Of a stretch of DNA of 64,000 nt, positions 13,301-28,300 are shown piece by piece. The translations under genes were made by a program, and so were the position numbers. The notes below the pieces were generated by a model, which saw only the letters and a list, made by a program, of their open reading frames with translations, ran no database searches and was not told the DNA's origin. The DNA is taken from positions 38,690,001 to 38,754,000 of the forward strand of contig NC_087251.1 of assembly GCF_037042905.1 (NCBI RefSeq), in the 5' to 3' direction. This stretch comes from Lytechinus pictus. Its lineage: Eukaryota. Position 1 is the first letter of the stretch. Each line of letters opens with the position of its first letter.

Positions 13301-16300
13301 TAAAATTACCACCTGACTGTATAAATAATAAAAAAAGCACCAATGATTCTGGTAGAATATGTGTAATTGCTGAGAAATTGGATCAAATAAGCATGACATT
13401 CCAGCCAGTTAGCGGGTCTTTTTTCAAGCAATAATGATACAAAGTCCCACATGTGTCTATCAGTGTTGGCAATCTTCAGTGTGATCATTTCTCAACTTAA
13501 TTTTCACGATTTCTCAAAGTAGGTTGATATAAATGTACCAGAGTTTAACACTTTGTTAGATGCTACCCACTGAACAAACCTGTAAGCTTTCAATATTGAG
13601 ATATCCAAGGTGGGACAGTAGTAGTCTAGCTGGACTGAACTCTGTGCACGGCTGAGGCGGCTTAGCTTCCGTGTGTGGGTTGGGGTAATTCCTTTTCGCA
13701 TCACGCGCTGAATTCCGCACGAGCTCCTCGTATTCCATCTGCTCGTGGAGCAGTTTCCCCAAGGTGATGTGGTCCTCACGAGATTCTTCTGTTTCGATCT
13801 CGTCCAGGCTCGGTATGCTTTGATCACTGCCAATACAAATAACGTCAATATAGATACATGTATATTCAGAAGAGAAGCATGCCAGGCTGGGTGTTTCATA
13901 AAGTGACTGACGAATGATGTTATGAACGACTGGTGATCCTTTCTTAATGACTAAATCAACATCAATGAAAATCTGGTGTGTATCATTTAGCACAAGAAAG
14001 GATCACTAGTCATTTGTAAAGTCACTCGTAACTAACAAATAGCTTTATGAAACACACACCAGGTGGGTGCGAATGACTATACGCACGACTGGTGATCCTT
14101 TCTTATGCTAAATGATATCCCTGTATAATTGATTTATGACCTAAGAACATGTTCCAGTCATTCGTAGAGTTTACGAACAGCTTTATGAAACAGCCACCAG
14201 GGCTCATATTAGTGCAGATGACCAGTGGTCCCTTGCCACACTTGTTATGGATAAGACTTCTTTGTCACAGTTGTTCCTGTTTTTATGGAAATAGCCCCTT
14301 TGGTCTGAAATCCAATATCCAATAACTTATCTGGGGTCTCTGAAGTAACATATCAATATTTTTCTGGAAGAAATAAGGTGAATATTTTACACTCAAGACT
14401 AGCCAGAGGCACCATTTTCATTGAGTTGACACAAGATGACATGGTGAGCAAAAGAATTATGTTAACTATTAATATGCAATCGATAACTATCGGTGGGGGT
14501 TACCAGATTTAAGTTGGACTTAAAGTTATACTGAAGTGCCAATGCAAACATGATAATTAGTGCAAAAGCTCATGGTTTATATAACACGAACAACTGGAAA
14601 TTTAAGTAATATTTTTAGTCGGACTTAGATCTTTGTGAAACATTCCCCTGTATTTTCCACAATGGATCCTAATAAGTGCTATAGAGTGAAAGGCCATTAC
14701 TTACGCCTTGGTGATCGGAATCTTGTTGATGGAGTCTGGGAAATATTTGGAGGTGATCTCATGGTGCGTTCCCACGTTATCATTAGCTTTGGGTCTCTCA
14801 GGATAAATCAAACGAGCTTCAGCCGTATCCTATGGATCAATCAACACATTAAAAAACTCACTGGTTATCTATAGAATACAGTGAAACCTGTATATAAAAA
14901 CCATCTAAAGGAGACAAGAAAAGCAGTGTTTATGAGCAGGTTATCTTCATGGACAGGTTCCCGTTATACAGATTACAGTAGGAAATACTATTCAAAGGAA
15001 ACCCAAATTATGGTCTTTATTGACAGGTGGTCTTTAAAGCAGATTTGGCTATGTACAGAAAGCTTTTCTGGTACAACTTGAATCTTTAAATTGGCAACAA
15101 CTTTAGCTTTCCTTTTAACACATAAAATGGACATAACATTGACCTAAATGAAATAAAAATCAAAAATTTTGAAAAAAACTTGCCAATTCGCACATGTATA
15201 AAATAATCATTAGATTTATTACATTACCTCTTCAGAAAAAGAAATGCTTTGTCAAATGCTGATCAATTAAGAACAGCACAATATACTGCATTGCTAATTG
15301 ATGTCATATTGCATGTTTTTTTTTCTCATTATCAGGTGCTACTGATGATTGCGTAAACAGATATCCAAATATTTACACTAAATTACCTCTATGTGTTACT
15401 TCTATATTTCTTTAAAAAAAATCAAATTCTTCCAAGTAAATATTAAAGGATCCCAACCTTATCTTTTCTTGATGAATGGCGAAGTTGGAAAGTCCAAACA
15501 TGGCGACCCGTTGGTCCACGGATGATGACTGTTACTGTCGGCAGTACCTCTGACAGAGCAAACAAGGAAAAGAAAACAACTTGAACAGTAATGCAAAAAT
15601 ATTGCAATGTTATGAGTAATTTGGATTTATGGTGTTTTTCCAAAAGGGGAAAACAGATAAGGGTTGATATATATATATTTAAAAAAATATACAATCGTTC
15701 TTATTAGGCTCAGTTCAGTATTGACATATTTTCTGCCAGAATCAATTGGCACATATTCTTCTTGAAATACATTCAAGCACTTGGGTGGTCATTTTATTGG
15801 TTTCTATTTGAAATATTTGTTTAGATTGTTACACGTACAGCAACTGGCACTTGTGTTATAAGAGATACATGCATGTTTTTATATTGACAAATAAATCATC
15901 TGCAAGAATCTTCAACCCTGAAGGAGGCAGATGTAACCCGAGGAAGAAGAAGAAAATAAAAAAATGTAGATAAATTACCTTTTGTAAATTTAAGAGGTTC
16001 TTCTAGCATGGCAAGGAGGATAGTGTTGTCCACGACGAAATACTTGAATGTTGGTTTGACCTCGGAGTTTGGAAGGTCAACGTACTTAAGTAGAGAGTTC
16101 TCATCCAAGAGGGATACTACTGTAGATGGTCCACATGGGGCTGGGAAAGAACCCTATAAAAATTGGAGAAAAGGGGAAAATAAAGTCAAACACAGTGTTT
16201 TCTCTCTTTAGGTGAAAATATCTAAATCTTATATTCTCATTCAAAAGGTAGGAAGGAAGCTGAAGGACATTCGGTTATCGACAACCAAATTTTAAATTCA

Positions 16301-19300
16301 GAGTGGATATACCTGATATATTCTGAAATTGAGATCTTGAAATGGTAAAATCAGGTTTTATATGAACATGCTGAGGAAGCAGAATTAACAATATTGATCA
16401 TATTTAGTATTATATTTCACCAATCTGTCATCAGCCTTAGTTTACAACATACCCCATATAAATGTGTTAATATCAACTGGTTGCCCTGAAAGGAGTTAGA
16501 GTTAAGAGAGCAATTCCATTCAATCATTTGTCTCTGATTTCTAGCTATTATGAAAATTTGTAATGTCATCAAATGATCATACTTGAGAGCAATTAATGAA
16601 GTGAAATACGATTGGAGAAAAATGAGGAAGGGGGGGTGTCAGGCATACAAAAAGGTAAATTATTTCTCATGAGTGTTTTGTGAACCAGACCACCTGACAG
16701 GGACAAGTGCTCGGGAAGATTTTGCCCCCAAAGTGCTCAAAAGAACCTTGGAAACTAAAAAAAGAAGCCCTGGCCATTCTTCATTCATTTCCATGTTAAA
16801 TGTAGCAGACTTTAATAGGCAGTAAGTTGTGTGTGTAAAGTAACCCCCCCCCCAAAAAAAAAAAATGTCCCTGAAACTGCTTAAAAGAACCCTGGAAACT
16901 CCCCATTCATTGCAATGTTAAAGCTCATCCCATGACGCAGATTTAGGGGAAAGTTGTGTAAAGTAGCCCCCCCCCCCCCGGCGAAAATAACAAAGACAAT
17001 TTTTTTTGCCTGCCCCCTGAATATCAAGCATGGCTTACCAGCTGGTTGAGTATACAGGAGAGGACACCCTGCGCAGCATTCTTAACCCTGGTAGAGGTTG
17101 GTTTGAGTTCCTTGGCCTGTTTGAGAACGGCCGGGATGCTGGCTTTGGGCTGGGATTTGGTTCCAGAGATACCTAGCTCAACCACCTCCAAGACAATCTG
17201 AAGAGTCTCCTGTAAAAAAAAAAAAAAATGTAAATAGTATCATTTCGTAAATGAGCTGGAGAATCAGGGGCCTGTTGCAGAAAGAGTTGCGTTTAAACGC
17301 AAGTCAAAATATCAAGCCTAAGTCCCGAATACGGGTGCTTCATTGGATGAAAATCAAGTTGCCCAAGATTTTTTTGAGTTGCGTTTGATCGCAACTCTTT
17401 CTGCAACGGGCCCCAGGGGATTCACAAATCTGGGCTCCGCAACACAAAGTTTTGAAATTTATCGCTAAATGGAACTGGCCACTCATGATTGTTCTTCCAT
17501 ACAACGTTTGTTCAAAACACTGTGCAGGAACCAATCAGGACTGTTCTATCTCATTCTAAATTCATCACGAATCTTTGTGCAACATGGCCCAAGGTCCAGT
17601 AACATATAGCTTAACAATTAATCGTAGGGATGATTTCCATGACAAATAAGTCCCATGATCAATTGCTAAGATCTATGTAACGGGGTCCTGGTGCTTATTG
17701 TCAGGCAATTCTGTCTTTACAATGGCACAGTGCATAGGACTCAAAAGATAAGTTATGGGGGCTCTGTATTTTCATTCATTTGAAAAGACAAAATTTGGAG
17801 CAAAATATTGATAACCATTTAGTAATTGAAATGAATGTATAAACTATTCATCATTTCTTCCACTGATTTACCCATTTCAACTACTTTGCTCTGGTTTATA
17901 TTTGATGATTGTTGACCTTGTATCGTAGTTCAATATTTTGCGACTGATACCAAAAATGTCACTTTTTAATGGGTCACGGACGTACACAAGGTACCAGCAG
18001 GTTATGTAGCTAAAAATTAAATGATATGGAAGAGGCATTAGGGTACAACATGCTTGCAAGTGAATACTTAATTTCATTCCATACCAGCCACAATGCTAGG
18101 GTAAATGGGTATAAGCTCATTTTCTCTGCTTATCAAAAAGAAGCCAAATTATTGGGTTACAGTTTTTCTTGTCTAATTAACAATCACTTCTACCGATACA
18201 TGTATATGTTCAAAATCTATAATCCTTGTGAATATCAGCTACAGTTTCTAAAACATGCAATTTTTATTCATTCATTTTACTCTATTCTGTTGTCTTGACA
18301 ACAATCATATCATAATTTATAAATATATAGTTTTTCATTTTTTTTATATAGTATCTACTACTTTCTCATTAAAATTAAGTCTTTAATAGTTTCATTTTTT
18401 ATTTTATGTATGTAAATTTGTATGCTATTATTTGCATGTATATATTCTCTTTATACCCTTGTTATGTGCCATGGACCTGGGTTGAATGTTAAACTTCTTT
18501 TGATTAATAAAGATAAAACAATTAAAATCAGTGAAAAATAGATGCAGTTTGATGCCAAAATCCTAAGGAAATGTATGGAGCTTACTCTATCTTTAAGGAG
18601 ATAGCTATGTTCTACCACCCAGACAGTTAGACAGTTGAAAGCAGCGACGATGATAGAATGAAGATCTCTCGAATGATACACTGAAGGCTGGCTACACTGC
18701 TTGGCGATATGATCACATATCCATTTCACATTCCTCTTACATTCCAGTGGATCTAGAGGAAAACATAAACAATTTGGAAAGAAAATCAGCGGAGTCCAAC
18801 AAATCTTTCTCATGATTCTCATCTTTCCATTTCCCATCAGGGCCTATTACTCATAAGCTTAGCTTTCAACTTTTGGCCCGCTTAATCCTTCACCAGGATA
18901 ATCTTCTTATGATATGTGTCATATTTTGTTCTAAATTATTGTAATGCAATATTGTTACAACAAATTGCATTATTTTGTTTAAACGATGTATATTAGAACC
19001 TTTTTATGTCATTTTCTCATGCTATTTTGGATTCGTGTCATTTCATTTCAAATGAATGTACAAAGTGAAATATGGAAATAAACTGAAGCTGAACCGAATC
19101 GTTTCTTCAAATCAGAGTGGTTACACAGTGAAACCTGTGTATAAAGACCAACTAAGGGAGATGAGAAATGTAGTATTTATTAGCAGATAGTCTTTAGGGA
19201 CAGATTACTTTAATTCATGTTTCAATGGGGCTGTCCCAATCTTGATTACTTTCCCTATCCTTTGCTAACAGAGTCTGATTTTGTAGTCTAGTTGGGCAGC

Positions 19301-22300
19301 CTTTATCATGATAATTAGCTTTCCTTCTTGAGGTGCTATGTAGACCTCATGTATACTGCAATGCTAGGCATGCACTTCAGGTGTTTTTCTTTTGTATTCT
19401 TGGCTGGGCTGATTCTGCTATGTTGTAATTCAGAGTGATTTAATCAGTCTGCAGCCAGCTATCCTTCTGATAGGACCTGTTCCATGAGCTGGTGTAGCTC
19501 CGGGTAACCACATCCGTTATACCCCTTTAGGTGCTAACAAGATTTGCTGACAGTAAGTTACTTTTATTTTGACAAGTTTATAGAATGAATTAGTGAACCA
19601 GTTTTACTTTATTGCCATGATAGAATAAGAGGCATTTCTCTCATCATTTAGATAAAGATATTAAAACATGTTATTTAGCTTGTGAGTTTTTGCTTTTGAA
19701 AGTAAATGTACTCCTTAAGGATAGGAAGTGTATTTTTGTCAATGTTTTAAGAGTGCAGGCATGTTTTATATAATTAATTGAATACAAGTGCTAGCAGAGA
19801 TACAAATGGTATTTTTTATGTCTTAAGGACGTTCCACAATTATGTTTGTGCGCATCATGATCTGCGCATATTTTACACTCTGCGCGCTGACGTCACAATG
19901 GATGAACTGGGGATTAATCAGCTGTAGGTATGTGAGCTGATTTTTCTCCTTATCTGCATTAAACTGCAGACCCGATGTGTTATTTTATGAAGCTAATAAA
20001 CTGGAATTATTCCATGGACCATTTTTTTTATTCATCTACAATTTCAAAATACTTTTCTCTGTAGTGCTGCAAAGTATGATGTATATGACCCCGAGTTTGA
20101 ATAAATGGAAAATGGTTCAGAATTTTTCCTCACATAGATACAAAGCTTTTGGCGCGTTTTGGGATGTTTTAAGAAGCACATTTGCTCTAGTAAGAGTGCT
20201 GATAGTTTGAAAACAAGCACATGAACCCATACTTTTTAATGTTTGGTTTGCACCTCTTAGGTATACCTTCCTCTACAAGTTTGGTGAAAATGACATGGGT
20301 TTTGAATAAAGTGCAGCATTTGGAATATTCAGGTGCTAAAGTATCTATGTGCAAAGTATGATGAAAATGACATGGATTTTCAATGTTTGGGAGCAAGACT
20401 ACGAAACCAATCGCATTTTAGACCCTATTAACAGACTTTTGCTTGTTTTCTGCGCATTTTGGGCTGTTTCAAGCCAAACTCGCAATACTTTGGACACTGA
20501 TAATTTGAAAACAAGCACATGGACCCCATCGTTTAAATGTCTTAACTTCTTCAGAATATATTCCTCTACAAATCTAGAGAGTATGATGAAAATGACATGG
20601 ATTTTGAATGTTTAGGATTAGGACTAAGGAACCATTCGTATTTTAGACATTTCGGACTGAATTAGACTTCTGCCCGTTTTAGGCGCATTATAGACTGTTT
20701 CAAGCCAACTCGCAACAATTTAGACACTAATAGTTTAAAAACGAGAACATGGACCACATATTCTTAATATGTTAACGTCTTTAGAATATATTCCTCTACA
20801 AATCTAGAGAGTATGATGAAAATGACAATGATTGTGAATGTTTGGGAGCGAAATAAGGAATCATTTGCATTTTCTTTTTAGTTAGACGGTATTAGACTTT
20901 TGCTTGTTTTCGGCGCACCTTAGGCCATTTTCAAACCAACTCGCAACACTTTGGACACTGACAGTTAAAAAACGAGCACATGGACCCCATATTTTTAATA
21001 TTTTAACGAATTTGGAATATACCTGTACATGTATTCCTCTACAAATCTGGAGAGTATGATGAAAATGACAATGATTTTGAATGTTTGGGAGCGAAACTAC
21101 GGAACCATTCGTATTTTAGACGGTATTATTAGACTTTTGCTTGGTTTTGGCGCACTTTAGGCGATTTTCAAACCAACTCGCAACACTTTGGACACTGACA
21201 GTTTAAAAACGAGCACATGGACCCCATATTTTTAATATTTTAATGCCTTCAGAATATATTCCTCTACAAATCTAGAGAGAATGATGAAAATGACATGGAT
21301 TTTGAATGTTTGGAAGCGAAATATGGAACCATTTGCATTTTAGAGGGTATTATGAGACTTTTGCATGCCTGTTTTCGGCGCATTTGCAAGTTGGCTTGAA
21401 AATCGCCTAAAATGTAAGTCAGTGAAAAACCATATGAAAATATTAAAAGAAATAAGTACTAAACTTACCTTGAACTTTCATAGGTATCCTAGCAACACCA
21501 GAGAGTAGTTCTAATGCTGCCATGGCAACACCACAATCCTTGCTCCATGTCGACATGAGTTGTTGAAAGACAAGATGACAGCATCTTACAAAGATGGCCC
21601 AAGCTGTGTCTGTTACTGATATATCAACAATCATTGAACAATGACATAAAGAAATTTGACTAAGAGAAAGTAAATACATATGTTTCATTATCTGGTGGGT
21701 GTTTCATAAAGCTGTTTATAAGTAACGGGTGATTTTACGTGCGACTGGTGATCCCTTTTTGTAAATGATACGTACCTGGTTTTCATATGTGTTAATGTAG
21801 TAGCTCAAAAGGATCGCCAGCTGTTCGTTAGGTTACTCGTCACTTAATGAACAGCTTTATGAAACACCCACCTGGTCTAAAAAATGATTCACCTAATGCA
21901 AGTTTACCAATTATATTTGCAATGAAAAGATCTTTTCAAGTTCTACAATGACTGGAAAATAATGTGATAAAAAAAAATTTGGTTGAGCATGATTTGATTA
22001 TTTGCATGGAGATTTATCTGTATGCCTAAAGGCCACCGTACACCTTACAAATGGTCTGCGACCTGATCTTGGAATAAAATGTAGTAGAATTTGATGCTAA
22101 TATTGAGACATGGAATATCTTACTGAGATTGTGCGAATACCTATATTCAAATCTGCGACTATGCTAACATCCGTATTAGGACAAAAGCAAATGTAATATG
22201 TAGTTGTAATGACGTCATAGCAATAGTACGACTTGAAACTAATTTGGCCTTTACTCCAAAATAAAGGCTTGCAATCATCCAAAATTGTTATATCAGTATT

Positions 22301-25300
22301 CGTTCTGTTAATTTCAGCCTCAAATAAAAAGAAACTTTTCAGTCACGTGGTCAGAATATGAGCAAAATGCATTTTGTTCCAAAATCAGACCATGGACCAA
22401 TCGTAAGGTGTGCAGTGGCCATAACATTCTTTAACATCAAGAATTACAAGTCCATATTTCAGATATCCCATCAATGACACGTAATAACAACAGATATTCA
22501 GAACCCCGTTTCATAATTTGTTATCATTCACAAGTTTACAATGTAATGAAATTGTGCTATCTGAAAGGCCAAGAGCCAATTTGGCAAAGAATCTTAGCAC
22601 TTATTGACAAGTTTTATGAAATAGGAACCAGGTGCAAAATAGTTCCATGCAGTGCCGTTGCAATCCGTTGTGCAATAGGTGAGCACATCAACCTCATCAC
22701 ATACTGAAAATAGTGTGAAGGAAAGAGATCCATTATCATTCACAAGCAGTACATGATATGAATTAGAAACCTCAAAGGGAAAGTTTAGTCTGCAGGCACA
22801 GACCCTTGCCTTTCCACAATTCCCATTGTGCAGAGTCTGAAGAAGTGAGACTAGATTCACTATGTACTGTGGCTGGCTCTACCATGGACACAGACAGAGC
22901 CTTTGGCATTAGTCTTCACTCCAGACATGGTATAGTTGGTTAAAATGTCAAATAGGAGTCTGTGCCTGTAGACTAGGGGAAGTTCACCCTGACAATAAAG
23001 GTGATTTAATTTAAGCAGAAAAAAAAAAGAATAAAAAAATGGTGAAAGTTTGACAAAAATCCAGCCAAGGATAATAGAGTCCTAATTTTTTAAACTATTG
23101 AATTTGTGCCTACATAGGCAAGCAGCTGCCCCATAGGGAATGAATACATTAAATAAATTCATTTTTTCTGATGGTTCATCATGACTGAAATTGTTTTTTT
23201 TTTTCTAGAAGCAAGCAAATATGAAATAATGTGTATGATGATAGAATGAATACACAAGATAATTTCTACTTTTCAAAGAAAAATAGCAAATGACCTTTTA
23301 TGAAATCTATATCACATGACATATATAAAGGAAGCTGCTTGCATACATAACAAAATCAAATCTTTAAAAATCCACAACTCTGTTCATCTTTGATGGTTTT
23401 TGCCACATCTTCACCAATATGTTTATTTCTATTTTCTATTTTTATTAAAATCAGCTTTATGGAACAGCAAACGTCCCTTAAAGGAGCATGATATTGGAAA
23501 ATCAAGCTTCTCATCGCAATGTATCTGAAATTTTATCTTTCCATCCAATTCCTATAAAATGTCATGGATATCTAATCCAGGATAAATCATTTGAGATTAA
23601 AAAAAAAAAACTTCATTATGTACTTTACATAATCGTTCAAGGTTTTCATGAAATGGCAATGGTGAAGTATTCAAAATCTAAAGAGAATGAATACATTGTT
23701 AATGCGATCTTCAAAGATTTTTGTAGTACAATAAAATCATCATATTGATCCAATAAAAAAAAAACCCAGGTATGATTAACGTAATGAAATCCATGGGATT
23801 TGTAGTAAGGGTAAATCATTTAAAATCTAAAGAATACCCATAGGGAAAATAGAAATATATGCAATTCTTACAGGTTCCAAGGTAAGAATAGTAAACATGA
23901 GGAATATTAAATAGTTATATCTGTTATTAATGGTGGAAGATGGCCCTGATAATGATTCACTTAACTCAAATAATAACAAGTTTGATAGGATACACCTATC
24001 ATGAGACAATTATTACATTGTGCCTAGTTAGTGAAACTTCACTGTAGAGATTAAGTTATTGCTTTATTTTCATTTGGTCCAATGCCAATTCGTCTAATTG
24101 CCAACTCGTCTACTATCATTAGTCTACCATCAGTTCGTCCAATATCCACATGGTCTAATTGCCATTTCGTCCACTCACCATTCCGTCTGATAACCAGTTG
24201 GTCCAATAGCCATTTAGTCCATAAACCATTTGGTCATATTTGACTAAGTGTTAATTGACCAAATGAATGAAAATAAAATGAATATTAGACCAACTGGTTA
24301 TGAGACGAAATGGTCATAGACGAACTGGTGATTAGACAAAGTGATGACTGGATCAAATGGTTATTGGACCAAATGGTTATTAGACGAAATGTTGATGGAC
24401 GGATGGCATTAGACTAAATGAAGGTAGACCATGTGTTGAGTGGACGAGTTGGCAATGGACGATTGGCAATTTACCATTGTACATGTATATACATGTAATT
24501 GAAAACCATAACCACAGAAATATCATACACAAAGTTTGAGAAGTATCAATAGAATACACTCATGAAAATTGTCCTTGTTCATCAACAGAGCTGCCAAGTT
24601 GTATTTTGCATTTTAAGTATGCTTATCCCCCAAAATCAGTATTTTGACCAAAAAATCAGTATTTTTACCATGTGAGATAAATATGCAGACCTGCCAACCT
24701 CTGGGAATGAAAAACTGTATTCTGTGATAAAAAAACTGTATTTTTCCCCAAAAAGTGTATTTCATAATAAAATGCTTGGCGCACTCACTCATCGCGGGGC
24801 TCAAGCTGCATGCAAGCTGAAATGCGCACTGCTCTTGCAGATGAAAAAAAAACAACATTAAAACATGTGTATATCTTCACCCTGGTTTTAACAAAATGAT
24901 TGAAAAAAAAACAAGTTACCTGAAATTACATTGATGTAATAACCATATTTGTGTACGTTTTATGAAATAGAGACATAAAGAGATTATTTTTCTCAATAAA
25001 TTACGATTTAGTAAAAAAAAACGTACTGCCGTATTTTGGTTGCAAAAACGTACTAAATACGGCTAGAACGTACTGGTTGGCAGGTCTGCATCAACACATG
25101 TTGAAATATAATGACTCTTAATAAAATTAAAGAACAGTCTAAACAAAAAAAAGGAGTCCATGGTAACAAATGAGCTGCATTTCCTATTTCTTTTCAATTT
25201 GGAGCCATTATATCAACAGAATTATAAAACAATGCTATCAACAGAAGGATAGATAGGGAAACGAAAGTGAAGATGGAAATTTAACTTGAAAGGCAAAGCT

Positions 25301-28300
25301 TCTGAGGACATCAATGATACTAAGAGTTCATCATGAGAATCTCTCAGTATTTCTTTGTGACTCTGCTACTTGATTGTTATCACAATGATCTTCTCATAGA
25401 AATTATTTACATGCATTTCTTAGAAATGAGAACAAAAGTTAAAGATGAAAAAGGGAAAGATAAAAAAAACAAGTGGAATGCCTCTGGCCGTCTCACCTGC
25501 ATCACGCGATTCAATATAGCAGCAGTGCTGATTTTGAAAACTACTATAACTCGCACAAGATGTTCAGTGATACTTGGTTACTCTTATTTCCACGTTTTAT
25601 GAACTAGACCAATACACTTATAGAGATATGATGGCAATTCAACAAATACCCCCAACGTGGCCAAAGTTCTTTGACCTTACATGACCTTTGACCTTGATCA
25701 TGTGACCTGAAACTCGCACAGGATGTTCAGTGATACTCGATTACTATTATGTCCAAGTTTTATGAACTAGACCAACACACTTTCAAATTTATGGCTGTAA
25801 TTCAACAAATACCCCAATTTGGCCAAAGTTCATTGACCCTAAATGACCTTTGACCTTGATCATGTGACCTGAAACTTGCACAGGATGTTCAGTAATACTT
25901 GATTACTATTATGTCCAAGTTTCATGAATCAGATCCATAAACTTTCAAAGTTATGATGGTAATTCAACAGATACCCCCAATTCGGCCAAAGTTCATTGAC
26001 CCTAAATGACCTTTGACCTTGGTCATGTGATGTGAAACTCAAGCAGGATGTTTAGTGATACTTGATTAACCTTATGTATAAGTTTCATGAACTAGGTCCA
26101 TATATTTTCTAAGTTATGATGACATTTCAAAAACTTAACCTTAGGTTAAGATTTTGATGTTGATTCCCCCAACATGGTCTAAGTTCATTGACCCTAAATG
26201 ACCTTTGACCTTGGTCATGTGACATGAAACTCAGGCAGGATGTTCAGTAATACTTGATTAACCTTATGGCCAAGTTTCATGAACTAGGTCCATATACTTT
26301 CTAAGTTATGCTGTCATTTCAAAAACTTAACCTCAGGTTAAGATTTGGTGTTGACGCCGCCGTCGCCGCCGCCGCCGCCGCCGCCGCCGCCGTCGCCGTC
26401 GGAAAAGCGGCGCCTATAGTCTCACTCTGCTATGCAGGTGAGACAAAAACGAATTTTCAATAGGATACTGTTCCATTACAGAGAATGCTACATACATTTT
26501 CTACTTTTCTTAATAGAATAAATATCCCTCTCCCATTAGATCTATCAACTGCATACACATGTGAATTAGAAGCACATGCATGCATACTCTACACCATAAT
26601 GCACAGCATAGAGTCCCCTCACTGGGTATAAATGGTCTGCTTGTCAGAACAAGTTACCTTCATTATACCACATTATTACATAATCACGCAGAAATATTAA
26701 GTTAGTAATACCTGGGAATTAGATTTATACAAGGAAATTCGATAAACATGAAGAATTAACCTGCAAGTGCATACCGCATACCTGCCAACAGGGTTGTAAT
26801 AAAAAACGTTTTTTATTAAAAAAAACAAATAAAACGCTTTTTATTGTTTTAAAACGTTTTAAATCGTTTTAAAACGTTTTTTTTTTCCAACGAACGATGT
26901 CATTTTCAGTAAATCAATTAAATTGTACTCTTAATACAGTATGATTTAAGCTCTTGATGTTTTAAATACATTTTTGGAGTAAGTAAGAGATGACTTCAAT
27001 TTTTGTTACTGAATTTCCAACAGAAAAGTTCATATTTTCCCCCAAATAACTAAATCAAGGAAATTGAATGCCGAAAAAGTAAGTTGACATTTCATAAGTT
27101 TATTCCTCATACATATGATTTAGTCTCAGGTTTTTTTTAGTCTTGTCAATCTAGGGGGTGAGAAGAATTCGCACAATGTAAGAAAATTACATAATCTATA
27201 GACTATAGGCTTTCAATGCTTAATTTCATTTACTCAATATGCTTTATTTCATTTGAATCAATTATACCAATTTTAAGTAATAATAATAATAAAAGTCCGC
27301 TTTTATATAGCGCTTAATACATCGGAAAGACATGTCTAAGCGCTTTAAAGATTTATTACCACAGTCATCGGATTCAATCAGTCATTCCCGCACAAACTGT
27401 ATGCACATCCTCCACTCCCTGGGTAGTATTCAAGTCGGTCGCCAGTGAGGCGCACACAGTACTGGACAAGCTACAATGAGTTTTACATTCTACCGGGTAC
27501 CCATAAGTGCATGAAATACAAAATTGGGTTTAAATCTGTAATATTAGGCCCTTGAACTGCTTATTTCTTTAATTGAGGAATTGTGATCAAATTGTTTTTT
27601 TAATGTTTGTTTTAACTGTTTTTTTTTACATATTTCTTATCTACAGTTTTGTGGTTATTTTTGTGTTTTTTTAATCGTTTTTTTAATGGAAATTATTCGC
27701 AATAATTTTCCAATCATTAACAAAAGGTATAAATATTGATACAGATAAAAATGTTGGCGAAAAATTTGCATTGGCTCTATACATGAAATCACGATATTGA
27801 GCAATTCTGGTCTGTCATGCACTTGTATTATCATTGAGCTATTAATGTGTTGATAGCTCCATGGTTATATCATAACCACATATCCATGCATGTATCAAAA
27901 AAATAGTCTTGAACAATATGGCGTGGCCCTGTTGTGCTTATGGATTTATCATAGAAATTTTTAAGGGGGCCATTAATGCTGAAAATTTCATCAAAATCGG
28001 ATGTAAAATAAGAAAGTTATGACATTTTAAAATTTCGCTTATTTTTCACAAAACATTTATTACAACTCAGTGATGTGCAAATGAGAGAGTTGATAATGTC
28101 CATCACTCACTATTTTTTTTTTTTTTAACAATACAATCTTTCAAGTTTTCCAGATTTGATAATAATGACCAACTTGACTGAACCAAAAAATGTTAAAACA
28201 ATGGTAGTTCCACACATGTTCAGGGAGGAAAAAAAGGTTTGCTAGCTGATTATTTTATACTACATTAAATTACTTTTCTTCATCTTTTACGAAGCGCAAA

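Noticed and set aside
20100..21410. Regularly spaced repeats resembling a CRISPR array
   Set aside because: Whole ~235-bp units are homologous with no unique spacers; eukaryotic intron; no cas genes
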